Source of the DNA: Trichomonas gallinae
Lineage: Eukaryota
Direction of reading: 5' to 3'
DNA length: 57,749 nucleotides
NCBI GenBank assembly: GCA_008369845.1
Contig: MRSU01009401.1
Span: forward strand, 1 to 57,749
The notes under the pieces are model-generated. The model made no database searches, was not told the DNA's origin, and saw only the letters and a list, made by a program, of their open reading frames with translations. This document shows, piece by piece, positions 1-9,213 of this stretch. Position 1 is the stretch's first letter, and every line of letters starts with the position of its first letter. The position numbers were made by a program, and so were the translations under genes.

Positions 1-79
1 AAGTGTTGTTTCTCCATCACAAAATGAAACATTATCAAGCACTACAACAAGTGTTGTTTCTCCATCACAAAATGAAACA
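1..79 (+). repeat. Coding tandem repeat, 48-bp period (SVVSPSQNET)
   Basis: aagtgttgtttctccatcacaaaatgaaaca occurs at 1-31 and 49-79. Confidence 0.9.
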
Positions 80-526
80 TATACATTAACTGCATCAGTA
101 TCTTCTAGTAATGAAACAATCGTAACACCAAGTGTAACATCGACATCAACATCTACTAATAGCAGTTCTACAGAGTCACAATCTTCTGCTGGTCAGGATT
201 CAAACTCAACGTCATCATCTGTCACACAAAACGCAGGAGACACTAGTGATGAAGAACCAGAGGAGCCACCACGTGAATCAGAGCCAGTTGATGATCCATC
301 AATTAATGACAATGACAATCCAGCAGGTCAGGATGATCATAACAAGGCTCAGGTTGAATCATATCAGTCATTCGGAAGAATTGTTTTGGCAATTATTATT
401 AGCATTGTTGTTATGCTCGCACTTTATACAATCATCAAGCACTACTTCAGAACTCCACCAGAAGCTAACATCGAAATCACAGATGAAGATGCAGACCCAC
501 TTTTAATCCCAGAAGAATTTGTCTAA
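2..526 (+). CDS. 3' part of a Ser/Thr-rich (mucin-like) type I membrane/surface protein, 5'-truncated by the window edge
   Basis: Frame +2 is open from base 2 to TAA at 524-526 and is missed by the ORF track. It reads SVVSPSQNETLSSTTTSVVSPSQNET..., an acidic linker, a hydrophobic TM segment IVLAIIISIVVMLALYTII and a short tail ending DEDADPLLIPEEFV. Confidence 0.85.
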   Translation, partial: SVVSPSQNETLSSTTTSVVSPSQNETYTLTASVSSSNETIVTPSVTSTSTSTNSSSTESQSSAGQDSNSTSSSVTQNAGDTSDEEPEEPPRESEPVDDPSINDNDNPAGQDDHNKAQVESYQSFGRIVLAIIISIVVMLALYTIIKHYFRTPPEANIEITDEDADPLLIPEEFV

Positions 527-966
527 ATTAATATATAAAATAGCGAAGTTTTATTTGAATTTTAATATAATACATAAAAATATTAAATATAAAAATGAAA
601 TATTTTATGAAATCTAGCTAAATAGATATATACCTCGAATGATTTTTGATTTTGAAATTTTATTATTATTTCGAACGATAATGCTCAATAATTTTTGATA
701 TATAGCCATTTGTGATATCAGATAAAACAAAAGGTTCATTACTAAAAAACAAATAACATATATATCAGATAGAGAAATTAAAAATAATCAATCATTAAAA
801 AAATTATATAACAATATTATTATTTTGGGATGATTTCAATAATTACAGAATGAAAAATGGGAAAAATCATAAAAAATTTGCAAATTTCAAATATGAAATA
901 AAAAAGTTAAAGAAATCAGTGATTATATCAGCTGAATCAATACATAATAGTTTAATACAAGATACT

Positions 967-1842
967 TCATTCTTTCAACGATTTGTCAATAATATCGAAC
1001 ATTTCTTCTCTCTTTTCATGGAGTGCCCAGTGTCCGCACTCATCAAGAACATGCAATTTGACAGATGTGATCCCAGACCAGAACTCGAAGTTCTCCTTAT
1101 AAGTCACACAGATATCTTTCTTTGCCAAGATAACTGTAACTGTAACCCCGACGTTTTTCATTGTGTCCTGCATTCCAGTGAAAGTCATGTATCTCATCAT
1201 GTTGCAAGCAGCTTCGCAGAAAGAAGGATTCATGCACCATGAAGTGTAGATGTGCATGTGAAGGAATTGGATGACTTCAGCGAATTCAGGATCTTCTGGA
1301 TGAACGAAATTAATCTTAACAGCAGGCATGATCATTGTATTATAGAATAATTTCATATAATATGGGCCGATGAATGGAGTTCTCATGATGCGTAAGATTG
1401 ATGGTGGACCAAGGTCTGCGTGAACACCAGCTGGTGAGATGAAAATGCATTTTTTAACTTTATGTTTGTTTGATTTCGCGTAAGTTGCGGCAATTAATCC
1501 TCCCATTGAGTAACCAATGATGATTACATCTCTGAGGTATAAGTTAGAGATGAGGGAGTGCAATTGTCCAACCATTGTTTCGAGAGTATAATTTCCTTTT
1601 GATGTTTTAATGGATCCACCTGTTCCATATAGATCGTACATAATTACTCTAAACGAATTTTTAACCAAATGTTCAGCAAGGTCTTTAAACATCAATGCTG
1701 AGCAAAGATATCCAGAAACAAGAACGATTGGCTTGTTCATTGATGATCCAAGGTCATAGTAGTTGGTGATTCCCTGCGCTGTTTCGAATGTAGAGGCTTG
1801 AAGACCGCATGTAAATTGAGGTAGAGTTGATTTTGCGATCAT
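967..1842 (-). CDS. Alpha/beta-hydrolase fold protein (Abhydrolase_1 / S33-like)
   Basis: YDLYGTGGS, nucleophile elbow GYSMGG, acid region AKKDICV, catalytic His CGHW. Confidence 0.9.
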   Translation of the reverse strand: MIAKSTLPQFTCGLQASTFETAQGITNYYDLGSSMNKPIVLVSGYLCSALMFKDLAEHLVKNSFRVIMYDLYGTGGSIKTSKGNYTLETMVGQLHSLISNLYLRDVIIIGYSMGGLIAATYAKSNKHKVKKCIFISPAGVHADLGPPSILRIMRTPFIGPYYMKLFYNTMIMPAVKINFVHPEDPEFAEVIQFLHMHIYTSWCMNPSFCEAACNMMRYMTFTGMQDTMKNVGVTVTVILAKKDICVTYKENFEFWSGITSVKLHVLDECGHWALHEKREEMFDIIDKSLKE

Positions 1843-1950
1843 TTCAAAATAATCGTCAATTTTTTATTTATTTTTGGATTATTTTTATGTCACATACAGT
1901 TTATCAGTAGTCACATCCATTTTTCACATCAAAATTCCAAAATGAAACGA

Positions 1951-2073
1951 TTATTTGACACGTAAACATACTATATTTGTCAATTTTCGTTATTATTTGC
2001 TATGTAAACATATTAGTTTGTTTGTCAAATTACTAGCTTTATTTGTCACGTAAACATATTTTATTTGTCAAAT
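1951..2073. repeat. Degenerate ~44-bp tandem repeat x3 upstream of the hydrolase
   Basis: ttatttg(aca/cta/tca)(c/t)gtaaacata...tttgtcaa units start at about 1951, 1993 and 2039. Confidence 0.75.
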
Positions 2074-2414
2074 TTTAGTTTTTAGTTTTTCTATTCTAAT
2101 TCACAAGATATCTTTAGCGCATTTATAGTAAGATCCAAAGATTTGATAGCAACCTTCATTTTCAACGATTTTGATTATTTCTAAAACTGATAAAAGGAAT
2201 GTGACGACATCATGATGTCCTTTTTATGAAGTCTATATCAAAGCTGTTTTGTCTTCATACCCTTTTGTGTTGATATGTATTCCAGGTTTTGAAAATTGCT
2301 TGATCATAAATCAAAACAGAAAAGTATTTTGAACGAGCAAGAATATATATGTTTTGCATGAAAAGTTATTTTAGTTAGCATAAATCGAGACATGTATTTT
2401 TTTAAATAAAAAGA

Positions 2415-5400
2415 TTAAAGTTTTGTATATTCTGTTAACACTTCCTCTACGTCCTTTGTCTTGTCCTCACCCATTACGTCTGACTGGAGGAGGGAAGATA
2501 ATGCGAAGAGTGGGTCGACCTTTGACTTCGCGATGACGTGGTTTGGATTCTGGAATCTCTCGTCTCTCTTCTCGAGAGATCTGAGCTTCCTCTGTATGAT
2601 CTCCTTCTGCGTCTCCTGGCAGTGGATGCACATGTTGATGTTTTCGCCGAGGCATTCGATGTGATACGAGTGTCCGCAAAGGAAGTGCTTGGCTGGAAGG
2701 TCGATGACACCGTTGCACTTCTTGCATCTTGTCTGGTTGGCCTTGTAGTGGCAGAAAACGAGCTGATATGCTTCGATATCTGCCCTCATCATCTGGTTTT
2801 CTGTTTCCTGAGCAATTCCTTGGAGCTCTCTCAGTCTGCCCTGTTTAGCCTTGAACTCTTCTCTCGCGAGATCCTTGATGTAGTTCATTCTGAGCTTTCT
2901 GTCGGCGGAAATAATATCCAAGAGGTCCAAGAAAGCGATTGGACCATCGATATTCTGCATCTCCTGGAACTCGATGACGTCTGTCTTCTTTGGAAGCGGT
3001 GGATCATAGTTCTTGTCGCTGTCATCAACTTCATGATCTTTAATAATATCATTATCAACCTTCTCGTAGTACATCTGTGCGACTCTTGTTTCGGCTTTGA
3101 TTCTTGCCTGCTTGATGAGTCCCAAAAGCTCTCTGATGGCTGCTGTTAATGTGGCAATGTTCTCATCTTCGCCCAATCTGCGTGCATTGACGAGATTTGT
3201 GACTAAATACTTAAGGGCATAGCGCCAGAGCTCATTTGTTTGCCTCCAGATTGGAATTGGATAATCATCGGCGAAGTATCCTGGAATCTGTTCGAATGTT
3301 GAGAGTTTGATGTACTCCTTGTAGTACCTGATGTCATCTTTGATGTAAAACTCCATAAGACCGTGTCTGTATTCTTCTGATTTCAAGAATAAATCAACTT
3401 GGTCGTTTTCGTACTTGAAATCAGCTCCGTTGAACTCGAAGTACTTATGGAAGCGGTCATCACGCTCTTGTTCGACTTCTTTGAAGATGATTGACTCGAT
3501 CGCAGTATTCCAAACTTCTGTTGTGCATTTCTCTGGGTTCTTTTCGGCCAAGAAGTCGATGAATGCAACAAGCATTGGTGGGCGGAGCAAGAATACGCGC
3601 ATGAAGTCATCTGGATTGCAGCATTGGCGTATATCATCCTTATAGCGCAATTTCTGTGGGCAGCCATCACAGCAGCATTCAGAAAGGAACTGTGTGAATT
3701 CTCTAGCTTCCCTATCATCCTTGAAGCTCTCCAATATGTCGAGACCGTACTTCTTGACGATTTCTGTGACATCTTCGGCGCTGATTGTGCGGAGGTGCTC
3801 GAATATTGTGCGGAATTGGTGATCTTCTGCAAGCATTCTTGCATATGTCATATTCAAACCGTAATTCTTGGCAAGTTCGAGAGATTCTTCACGGTAACCG
3901 CTGAGGTTAAGGACATCGACAGCTGTGGCAACATCGTAAGCAGCTGGTGCACGCTTCTGGCTTTCTTCGATATAATATTTCAGCTTGTCATCTTTTCTGA
4001 GCTTCGTGTAGCAGTTGAAAAGAAGTGTTGTGTGCTGCTTGTTTGACATTCCCTTCGCTTGAAGTCCTTCGAGATAGCGAACAAGGAATTCTGCATATTG
4101 GGGATCAATGAAACGTGTAATAACGTAAGAAGCCTCGAGGAATCCGATTGTCTGGATGTATTCATCGATAGACTGATCCCATTTGTGCTTAGCGTAGTAT
4201 GAATCAGCGCGCTTTCTGTGAATCATGCTGACGAACTCAGGAGACATCTTTCTTGATGCGGCAATAGCGAGAGCTACATCGAATTGCTCGTTCTTGATGA
4301 TAGAGTTGATCTTTTCCGTCATATCGACTTCAGCGATTCTTGTGAGCGAGTTATCTGTACGAACGACGATGATTGAGTTCCATTCCTGGAAGATGTATCT
4401 GATGTTGTCACCAGGGGCAGCCTTTCCGAAGATGCAAGGCGGGAAGAAATTGAAAATACGAATCATAGAGTCGTTTTCTGTGTTGAATACGGCTAAGAGA
4501 GCATTTCCAATCCAGTAGATCCAGATTGGCTCGCCATTTAAGACGTATTGAATCTTTGGTCCATGATTTGAGTCATGTGTATAACCTCCTTTCTTTTTCT
4601 TCTTCTTTTTAGCCTGATCGTTCTGCTTGTCGCCTTCTCCTTCCTTCTTTTCGCCGTCTTTCGCTTTATCTGCATTTTGATCTTTGGAAGAGTCTTCTTT
4701 CTTCTCGCCTTCCTCCTCATCGTCTTCGTTTTCGTCTGTGTTCTTTGGGTCTGGGGCGTCTTCGTAGAGCTGACCTTCGGAATCATAAACAGAAACTGTA
4801 GCACCTCTGCAGATCATGATGATGCCATCCTCTTTGATTGTACAAAGATGCGGTCCAACGCCAAGTCCGTCAGATGGGACTTTCTTTTCTTTGTAAATCT
4901 TAGAGCCTTCGCTGCCCCAATCCAGGTAGTGAATTGAGGTTTCTGTTGTAACGAAAAGAACGTTCCTCGCTGGATTGTTTGGATCGTGCGTGAATAAGAC
5001 ATTTGTGATTGGATCATGCAAGTTGCTAACGAGTGGTTTATCCGTGAATGGATCAGTGAATATAACAAGCTTAGTCTTTTCAAGTACATAGGCGAATAAT
5101 GTCATATCGTCGTTGAGATACATAGCTAATGTTCCATCTTCGATTGCATCGTTTGGGATGTAATCCTTGGGGACTTCGATCATTTTCGGTTGAAGTTGTT
5201 TAGTGTCGAATGTATAAAAGTAAAATCCGTCTTTGTGTGTTGTTGATTTTACAGCAACAATGGCTAATGGGACTTTCTTCGCCATTGAGACTGCAAGGAA
5301 TGTTTCCTCCTCCTTGTTCTTCAGCTTTGCTGGCTCGTCAACGCTTGGGTTTGTCAAAACAATTCCTTCTGTCGAACCAATGTAGGCTAAGAGGCCGCCA

Positions 5401-5501
5401 TAACCATTGTCGCACTTCTGAAGCTCGAGTTCTTCAAGTTTCTCGTACGGGTTGTCAACAACATCGTACAGGTGATAAACATTCCATATAGTATCGCTCA
5501 T
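2415..5501 (-). CDS. VPS11: Vacuolar protein sorting 11 (HOPS/CORVET core subunit)
   Basis: Clathrin-repeat block YIQTIGFLEASYVITRF...HTTLLFNCYTKL is typical of Vps11. C-terminal RING-H2 CKKC...HFLCGHSYHIEC...CIHC. Confidence 0.92.
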   Translation of the reverse strand: MSDTIWNVYHLYDVVDNPYEKLEELELQKCDNGYGGLLAYIGSTEGIVLTNPSVDEPAKLKNKEEETFLAVSMAKKVPLAIVAVKSTTHKDGFYFYTFDTKQLQPKMIEVPKDYIPNDAIEDGTLAMYLNDDMTLFAYVLEKTKLVIFTDPFTDKPLVSNLHDPITNVLFTHDPNNPARNVLFVTTETSIHYLDWGSEGSKIYKEKKVPSDGLGVGPHLCTIKEDGIIMICRGATVSVYDSEGQLYEDAPDPKNTDENEDDEEEGEKKEDSSKDQNADKAKDGEKKEGEGDKQNDQAKKKKKKKGGYTHDSNHGPKIQYVLNGEPIWIYWIGNALLAVFNTENDSMIRIFNFFPPCIFGKAAPGDNIRYIFQEWNSIIVVRTDNSLTRIAEVDMTEKINSIIKNEQFDVALAIAASRKMSPEFVSMIHRKRADSYYAKHKWDQSIDEYIQTIGFLEASYVITRFIDPQYAEFLVRYLEGLQAKGMSNKQHTTLLFNCYTKLRKDDKLKYYIEESQKRAPAAYDVATAVDVLNLSGYREESLELAKNYGLNMTYARMLAEDHQFRTIFEHLRTISAEDVTEIVKKYGLDILESFKDDREAREFTQFLSECCCDGCPQKLRYKDDIRQCCNPDDFMRVFLLRPPMLVAFIDFLAEKNPEKCTTEVWNTAIESIIFKEVEQERDDRFHKYFEFNGADFKYENDQVDLFLKSEEYRHGLMEFYIKDDIRYYKEYIKLSTFEQIPGYFADDYPIPIWRQTNELWRYALKYLVTNLVNARRLGEDENIATLTAAIRELLGLIKQARIKAETRVAQMYYEKVDNDIIKDHEVDDSDKNYDPPLPKKTDVIEFQEMQNIDGPIAFLDLLDIISADRKLRMNYIKDLAREEFKAKQGRLRELQGIAQETENQMMRADIEAYQLVFCHYKANQTRCKKCNGVIDLPAKHFLCGHSYHIECLGENINMCIHCQETQKEIIQRKLRSLEKRDERFQNPNHVIAKSKVDPLFALSSLLQSDVMGEDKTKDVEEVLTEYTKL

Positions 5502-5516
5502 TTTATTTTATTTGTA

Positions 5517-5525
5517 AAAGTGACA
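5517..5525 (-). promoter_or_regulatory. Initiator element (TCACTTTT) upstream of VPS11
   Basis: The minus strand reads gtgTCACTTTTacaaataaaataaaATG, matching the trichomonad TCAYW Inr about 20 nt before the ATG. Confidence 0.6.
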
Positions 5526-6081
5526 CGGCGCAACAATAAGTGCAATTTTTCTGGTTTTTCTCATGATATATGATCCATTCACCCTAAAGATCATGATTTT
5601 CAGCATTTTGTATAAATTGTTCTTATTTTTGTTGCATCAAAATCGATTTAAGCCTCATAAACATAGTATTTATATTATATATCTTGATAGCTTAATTCTA
5701 TCATATCTTATATTGTTTAAAATAGTAAATTCGATTTCATTGCATAATATTATTCATATCTTTGAATATAATGTTGAGTTGTAACATAAGGATAAATATT
5801 TTGAACATTTTAATCAAATCGTTCATATTTTTCTTGCATCAAATTCAATTTGGGCTTTATAAATATATCATATCTATTATATATTTCAACTATAATACAA
5901 TTTTGCATCTTATTTTGTTTAAATCAGATATTTATTTCATTCAGATATCTTATTTTGCATTTTATGGATTTTTGTATAGTAGAATATATTTTCTGTGCGT
6001 TTAGCTATAAAATTTACAATGATAAATTTGATGAAAACAATAAAAATGAAAAAATCAAAATAAACATTTTTAAATATAACA

Positions 6082-8199
6082 TTATTGTTCATTTTCTACT
6101 CCATGAACTAAAAATTCATGTTCTTCTGTTCCGAATGTTGCGTCATTGAGTTCCTCTTCTTCTTCCTGGTCGTCCCATGATACTGTCAAAGTCTTCTCAA
6201 AGATTTCTGTGTCTTGTGTAGTGGTGTAAGTGTTCGAGTCTGTTTCTTCTATGCCCATGTTCTTTCTGGCAATTGACGTCATGTATTCAAGCCTCTGCAT
6301 TGTCGTTGACAATCTTGGTCGTTTCTTTAAGTCACTGATTATTTCGATCAACTCAGATGGAATTTTTGGAAGTCCGAGCTCTTTGATGTCTTTAGTCGGA
6401 AGGTTGCATGTCTTGATTTTAGGATGTTCTCGAACAGCACTCCAGAAATCAATGAGTTTTTCAACTGATTTTGGTTTGAATCCTTCAGCACCGACTTCAA
6501 CTAATTCTGGAAGATGCTCGATCAAGTCTTGATATGCTGCGAGTCCTGCATCACCTGCCAGTTTGTTCTTGAATTTTAGACGCCTTAAATACTGTGCTTC
6601 ATGCAGAGATTCCAGGAAAGGAATGAACATTTTTGATGGATATTTGCCGCATAAATCGAGGCCAAGAAGTGGAACAGAAACGACAAGTTTTGTCAAATAT
6701 GCGAGAAACTGGTCTTTGTCTTCTGAACGAATTTCATTCATCATCAGCAAATGGCAGCGCTTCTGTGTGAACAAGAAGGCGAAGAAGAAGCGCATGGACT
6801 CAATTGGAATGGCATTTCCTGACCAGTCGAATTCAGATATGTTAGGATAGATCTGCCCGAAATTCAATTCAGAAAGAGTTGAGTAAGCTTCTGGTTTAAG
6901 TGATAAGCCTTGAGCAGATAGAAGCATTGGTGTGTTCTTAGGCTTCAGGCATAAGTATTCGAATATAGACTTGAATGCTGGCGCTGTAAGTCCGCAGTAA
7001 CTGATGTTAAGAGCCAACAAAGATGCTGGTGGAGAAGCTCCAGCAGGAATTGCAGTTTTGAACATCATTTTGGTAAAAGCAAGATGTAATATATGTGTAG
7101 ATGAGTATGCTATTGCTCTGATTATTTCAGAAGCATCAGTATCTACTTCTCGAAATGTTAATGTTTCCAAAAATGTCGTAAATGAAATGAGACGAGTGAT
7201 ATCGTCGAATGGGAACTTCTTCATGACTAGCTTTGAGATCAGGATCTTCTTAACTTCGCATGCGCTTTGTGATCTTGAAATTTTAGTGACTAAGTCATTA
7301 AATTCTGATGCCTTGAATGAACAATGAGATATTAGGATCTCTTTCATTGAGTTTGGGAAGTTCTGAGCTGATAAAAAGAAATTAATTATGATTTGTGCTG
7401 TTGAACGCAAAAACCAAAATGTTCGGACTTTGGTTGATGATATTTTGACGATGTCGAATGTTGGGGCATCTTCTTTATAATCAGTAAACGCGACTTTTTC
7501 AATAGTTTGTGAATTTTGTAACATTGCATCGAAAAATCTTGAGAATTTAGTACAACCAAAACTCTGCATTGATAATGTATTCAACGATGCTTCCCATGCA
7601 ATTGCATGACCAAATGGCGCAGCAAAATTTCCTGGGTGGAATCTTTTTGACAAAACAAGATTAGTAATCTTCCCAGCCTCCAATTTCTTAAAGTATTCAA
7701 GTGTGTGTAACTGTTCACCTTTTGAACCATAAAAATGCGATAAAAATAAAGCGCGATTCATCAAAGAATTTGATGCTCTTTGATTCACCTTGTAGTTAGG
7801 AAGCTGTAAATCAGTCTGTATCTTCATAAATTCAACATCATTACAGTTCCATGTCATTTCTGAGAACATTTTGAGCATTAAAGATGCTACATCTACTACA
7901 TTTTCTGTTTTTATTTCAATGATGCAAGAATCATATGTCAATACGATTTTATCTTGTAATACGTGGAAATTATTACATTCTAGCAAGTGAAAAACGAAGT
8001 CAAACTGTGGAAGTCCTATTATTTTCGATTTAAATATGTAGTTCGTGCCATATGTGCAAACTAGGAAACCATTTGTAAATTTCTTTTTTTCTTTCTTATA
8101 TTCGCACGGCACAGCTATCATAATCTTCTCATACTCATCCCATGTGTGCTGTTTAAAGACTTGTAGCTGCTTATTATTCACATTTATTATTTCAGTCAT
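6082..8199 (-). CDS. Leucine-rich repeat (RNI-like) protein with possible N-terminal PH-like domain (CARMIL-like architecture)
   Basis: 705-aa ORF with LxxLxL-type repeats (LLALNISYCGL, ISEFDWSGNAI, LLGLDLCG, LRRLKFKN), a beta-rich N-terminus and an acidic C-tail. Confidence 0.7.
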   Translation of the reverse strand: MTEIINVNNKQLQVFKQHTWDEYEKIMIAVPCEYKKEKKKFTNGFLVCTYGTNYIFKSKIIGLPQFDFVFHLLECNNFHVLQDKIVLTYDSCIIEIKTENVVDVASLMLKMFSEMTWNCNDVEFMKIQTDLQLPNYKVNQRASNSLMNRALFLSHFYGSKGEQLHTLEYFKKLEAGKITNLVLSKRFHPGNFAAPFGHAIAWEASLNTLSMQSFGCTKFSRFFDAMLQNSQTIEKVAFTDYKEDAPTFDIVKISSTKVRTFWFLRSTAQIIINFFLSAQNFPNSMKEILISHCSFKASEFNDLVTKISRSQSACEVKKILISKLVMKKFPFDDITRLISFTTFLETLTFREVDTDASEIIRAIAYSSTHILHLAFTKMMFKTAIPAGASPPASLLALNISYCGLTAPAFKSIFEYLCLKPKNTPMLLSAQGLSLKPEAYSTLSELNFGQIYPNISEFDWSGNAIPIESMRFFFAFLFTQKRCHLLMMNEIRSEDKDQFLAYLTKLVVSVPLLGLDLCGKYPSKMFIPFLESLHEAQYLRRLKFKNKLAGDAGLAAYQDLIEHLPELVEVGAEGFKPKSVEKLIDFWSAVREHPKIKTCNLPTKDIKELGLPKIPSELIEIISDLKKRPRLSTTMQRLEYMTSIARKNMGIEETDSNTYTTTQDTEIFEKTLTVSWDDQEEEEELNDATFGTEEHEFLVHGVENEQ

Positions 8200-8514
8200 T
8201 CAAAATTTGTGACAGTTTTAGAAATCATTGAGATGTTATTGAAAATAGAAGGACTAGGAACAACAGAATATGATTTTAGTTTCCAATAATTCCAAACTTT
8301 AAAAGATAGAGATTTTTTACACAATTTTTGAATTTCGGTTTCGAATTGAATGCGTAACTAGAAGTATCGGAAATATCTTACATGGTAACTCTAACGACAC
8401 GCAATTCGCTCCCAAAAACATGCACGTTTACGTATTATAGCATGATAAGGTGAAAAACATTGCCAAAAAGTTATTGTTTTTATAACCTTAATTGTAAATT
8501 CACTTACCGGAAAT

Positions 8515-8605
8515 ATTTGTCATGTAAAATTATATTTTTTGACAACATGGATTTGTCGTGTAAAATTATATTTTTTGACAATATGGATTTGTCGTGTAAA
8601 ATTAT
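8515..8605. repeat. 36-bp tandem repeat x2.5
   Basis: atttgtc(a/g)tgtaaaattatattttttgacaa(c/t)atgg units start at 8515, 8551 and 8587. Confidence 0.9.
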
Positions 8606-8707
8606 GATTTATTGACGCAAGAAATTTTGAAATAGTTGTGATACTTTTCGCGATTTCGTTCAATTTTGAATTCACCTTGAAACGAATAACAACTATATCA
8701 AAATGTA

Positions 8708-8756
8708 TTGACACTTTATGCGGTTTTGAGGATCACTCAAACCGCAAAAGTGTCAA
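8708..8756. repeat. 49-bp imperfect palindrome (21-bp stem, 5-nt loop)
   Basis: Left arm ttgacacttt(a)tgcggttt(t)gag pairs with right arm ctcaaaccgcaaaagtgtcaa, with two single-base bulges. Confidence 0.9.
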
Positions 8757-9213
8757 ACACTTTGCTAACATACAAATATCAGTTTCAGCTTGAAATCAAT
8801 AATGAATACTCTGAATTTATGGACTTTGTATAAAGATTCTTCACCAAAAAATTAAAGTTGCTGTTGAGATATTATATTCTTATGCTTTAACGAAAGTTTC
8901 AAAAGTCATTGAACAGCAATTTGCTTTAGTAAAAGAAATATTGAATGAAATATTATTACAGAAATCATGAATTTTGAAAATTTGTCGGAAAATATCAAAG
9001 TTATTCATGAAATACTAATTATATATGTACTTTCAAATTTGAAGAAAATAGACGATTAAAAGAATTGTTTGTTTCATAATATAGTAATCAATAGATGTCA
9101 ATCTATATGTTTTTGATGAATGTATTTTACAAAAGGAAAAAATAGGATAATCTTATTTTGAACTTGTATCCTCCAAAATAAAAATTTTGTCTTTTTTCAA
9201 TATTTTTTTAGTA

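Noticed and set aside
246..506. 86-aa ORF in the track
   Set aside because: Out-of-frame shadow of the real frame +2 membrane-protein CDS (2-526).
5563..6149. Short AT-rich ORFs between VPS11 and the LRR gene
   Set aside because: I/F/Y/N/K-rich composition typical of translated AT-rich spacer.
8515..8605. CRISPR-like array (36-bp period) and the overlapping 64-aa ORF
   Set aside because: Contiguous tandem repeat with no unique spacers, no cas genes, eukaryotic context.
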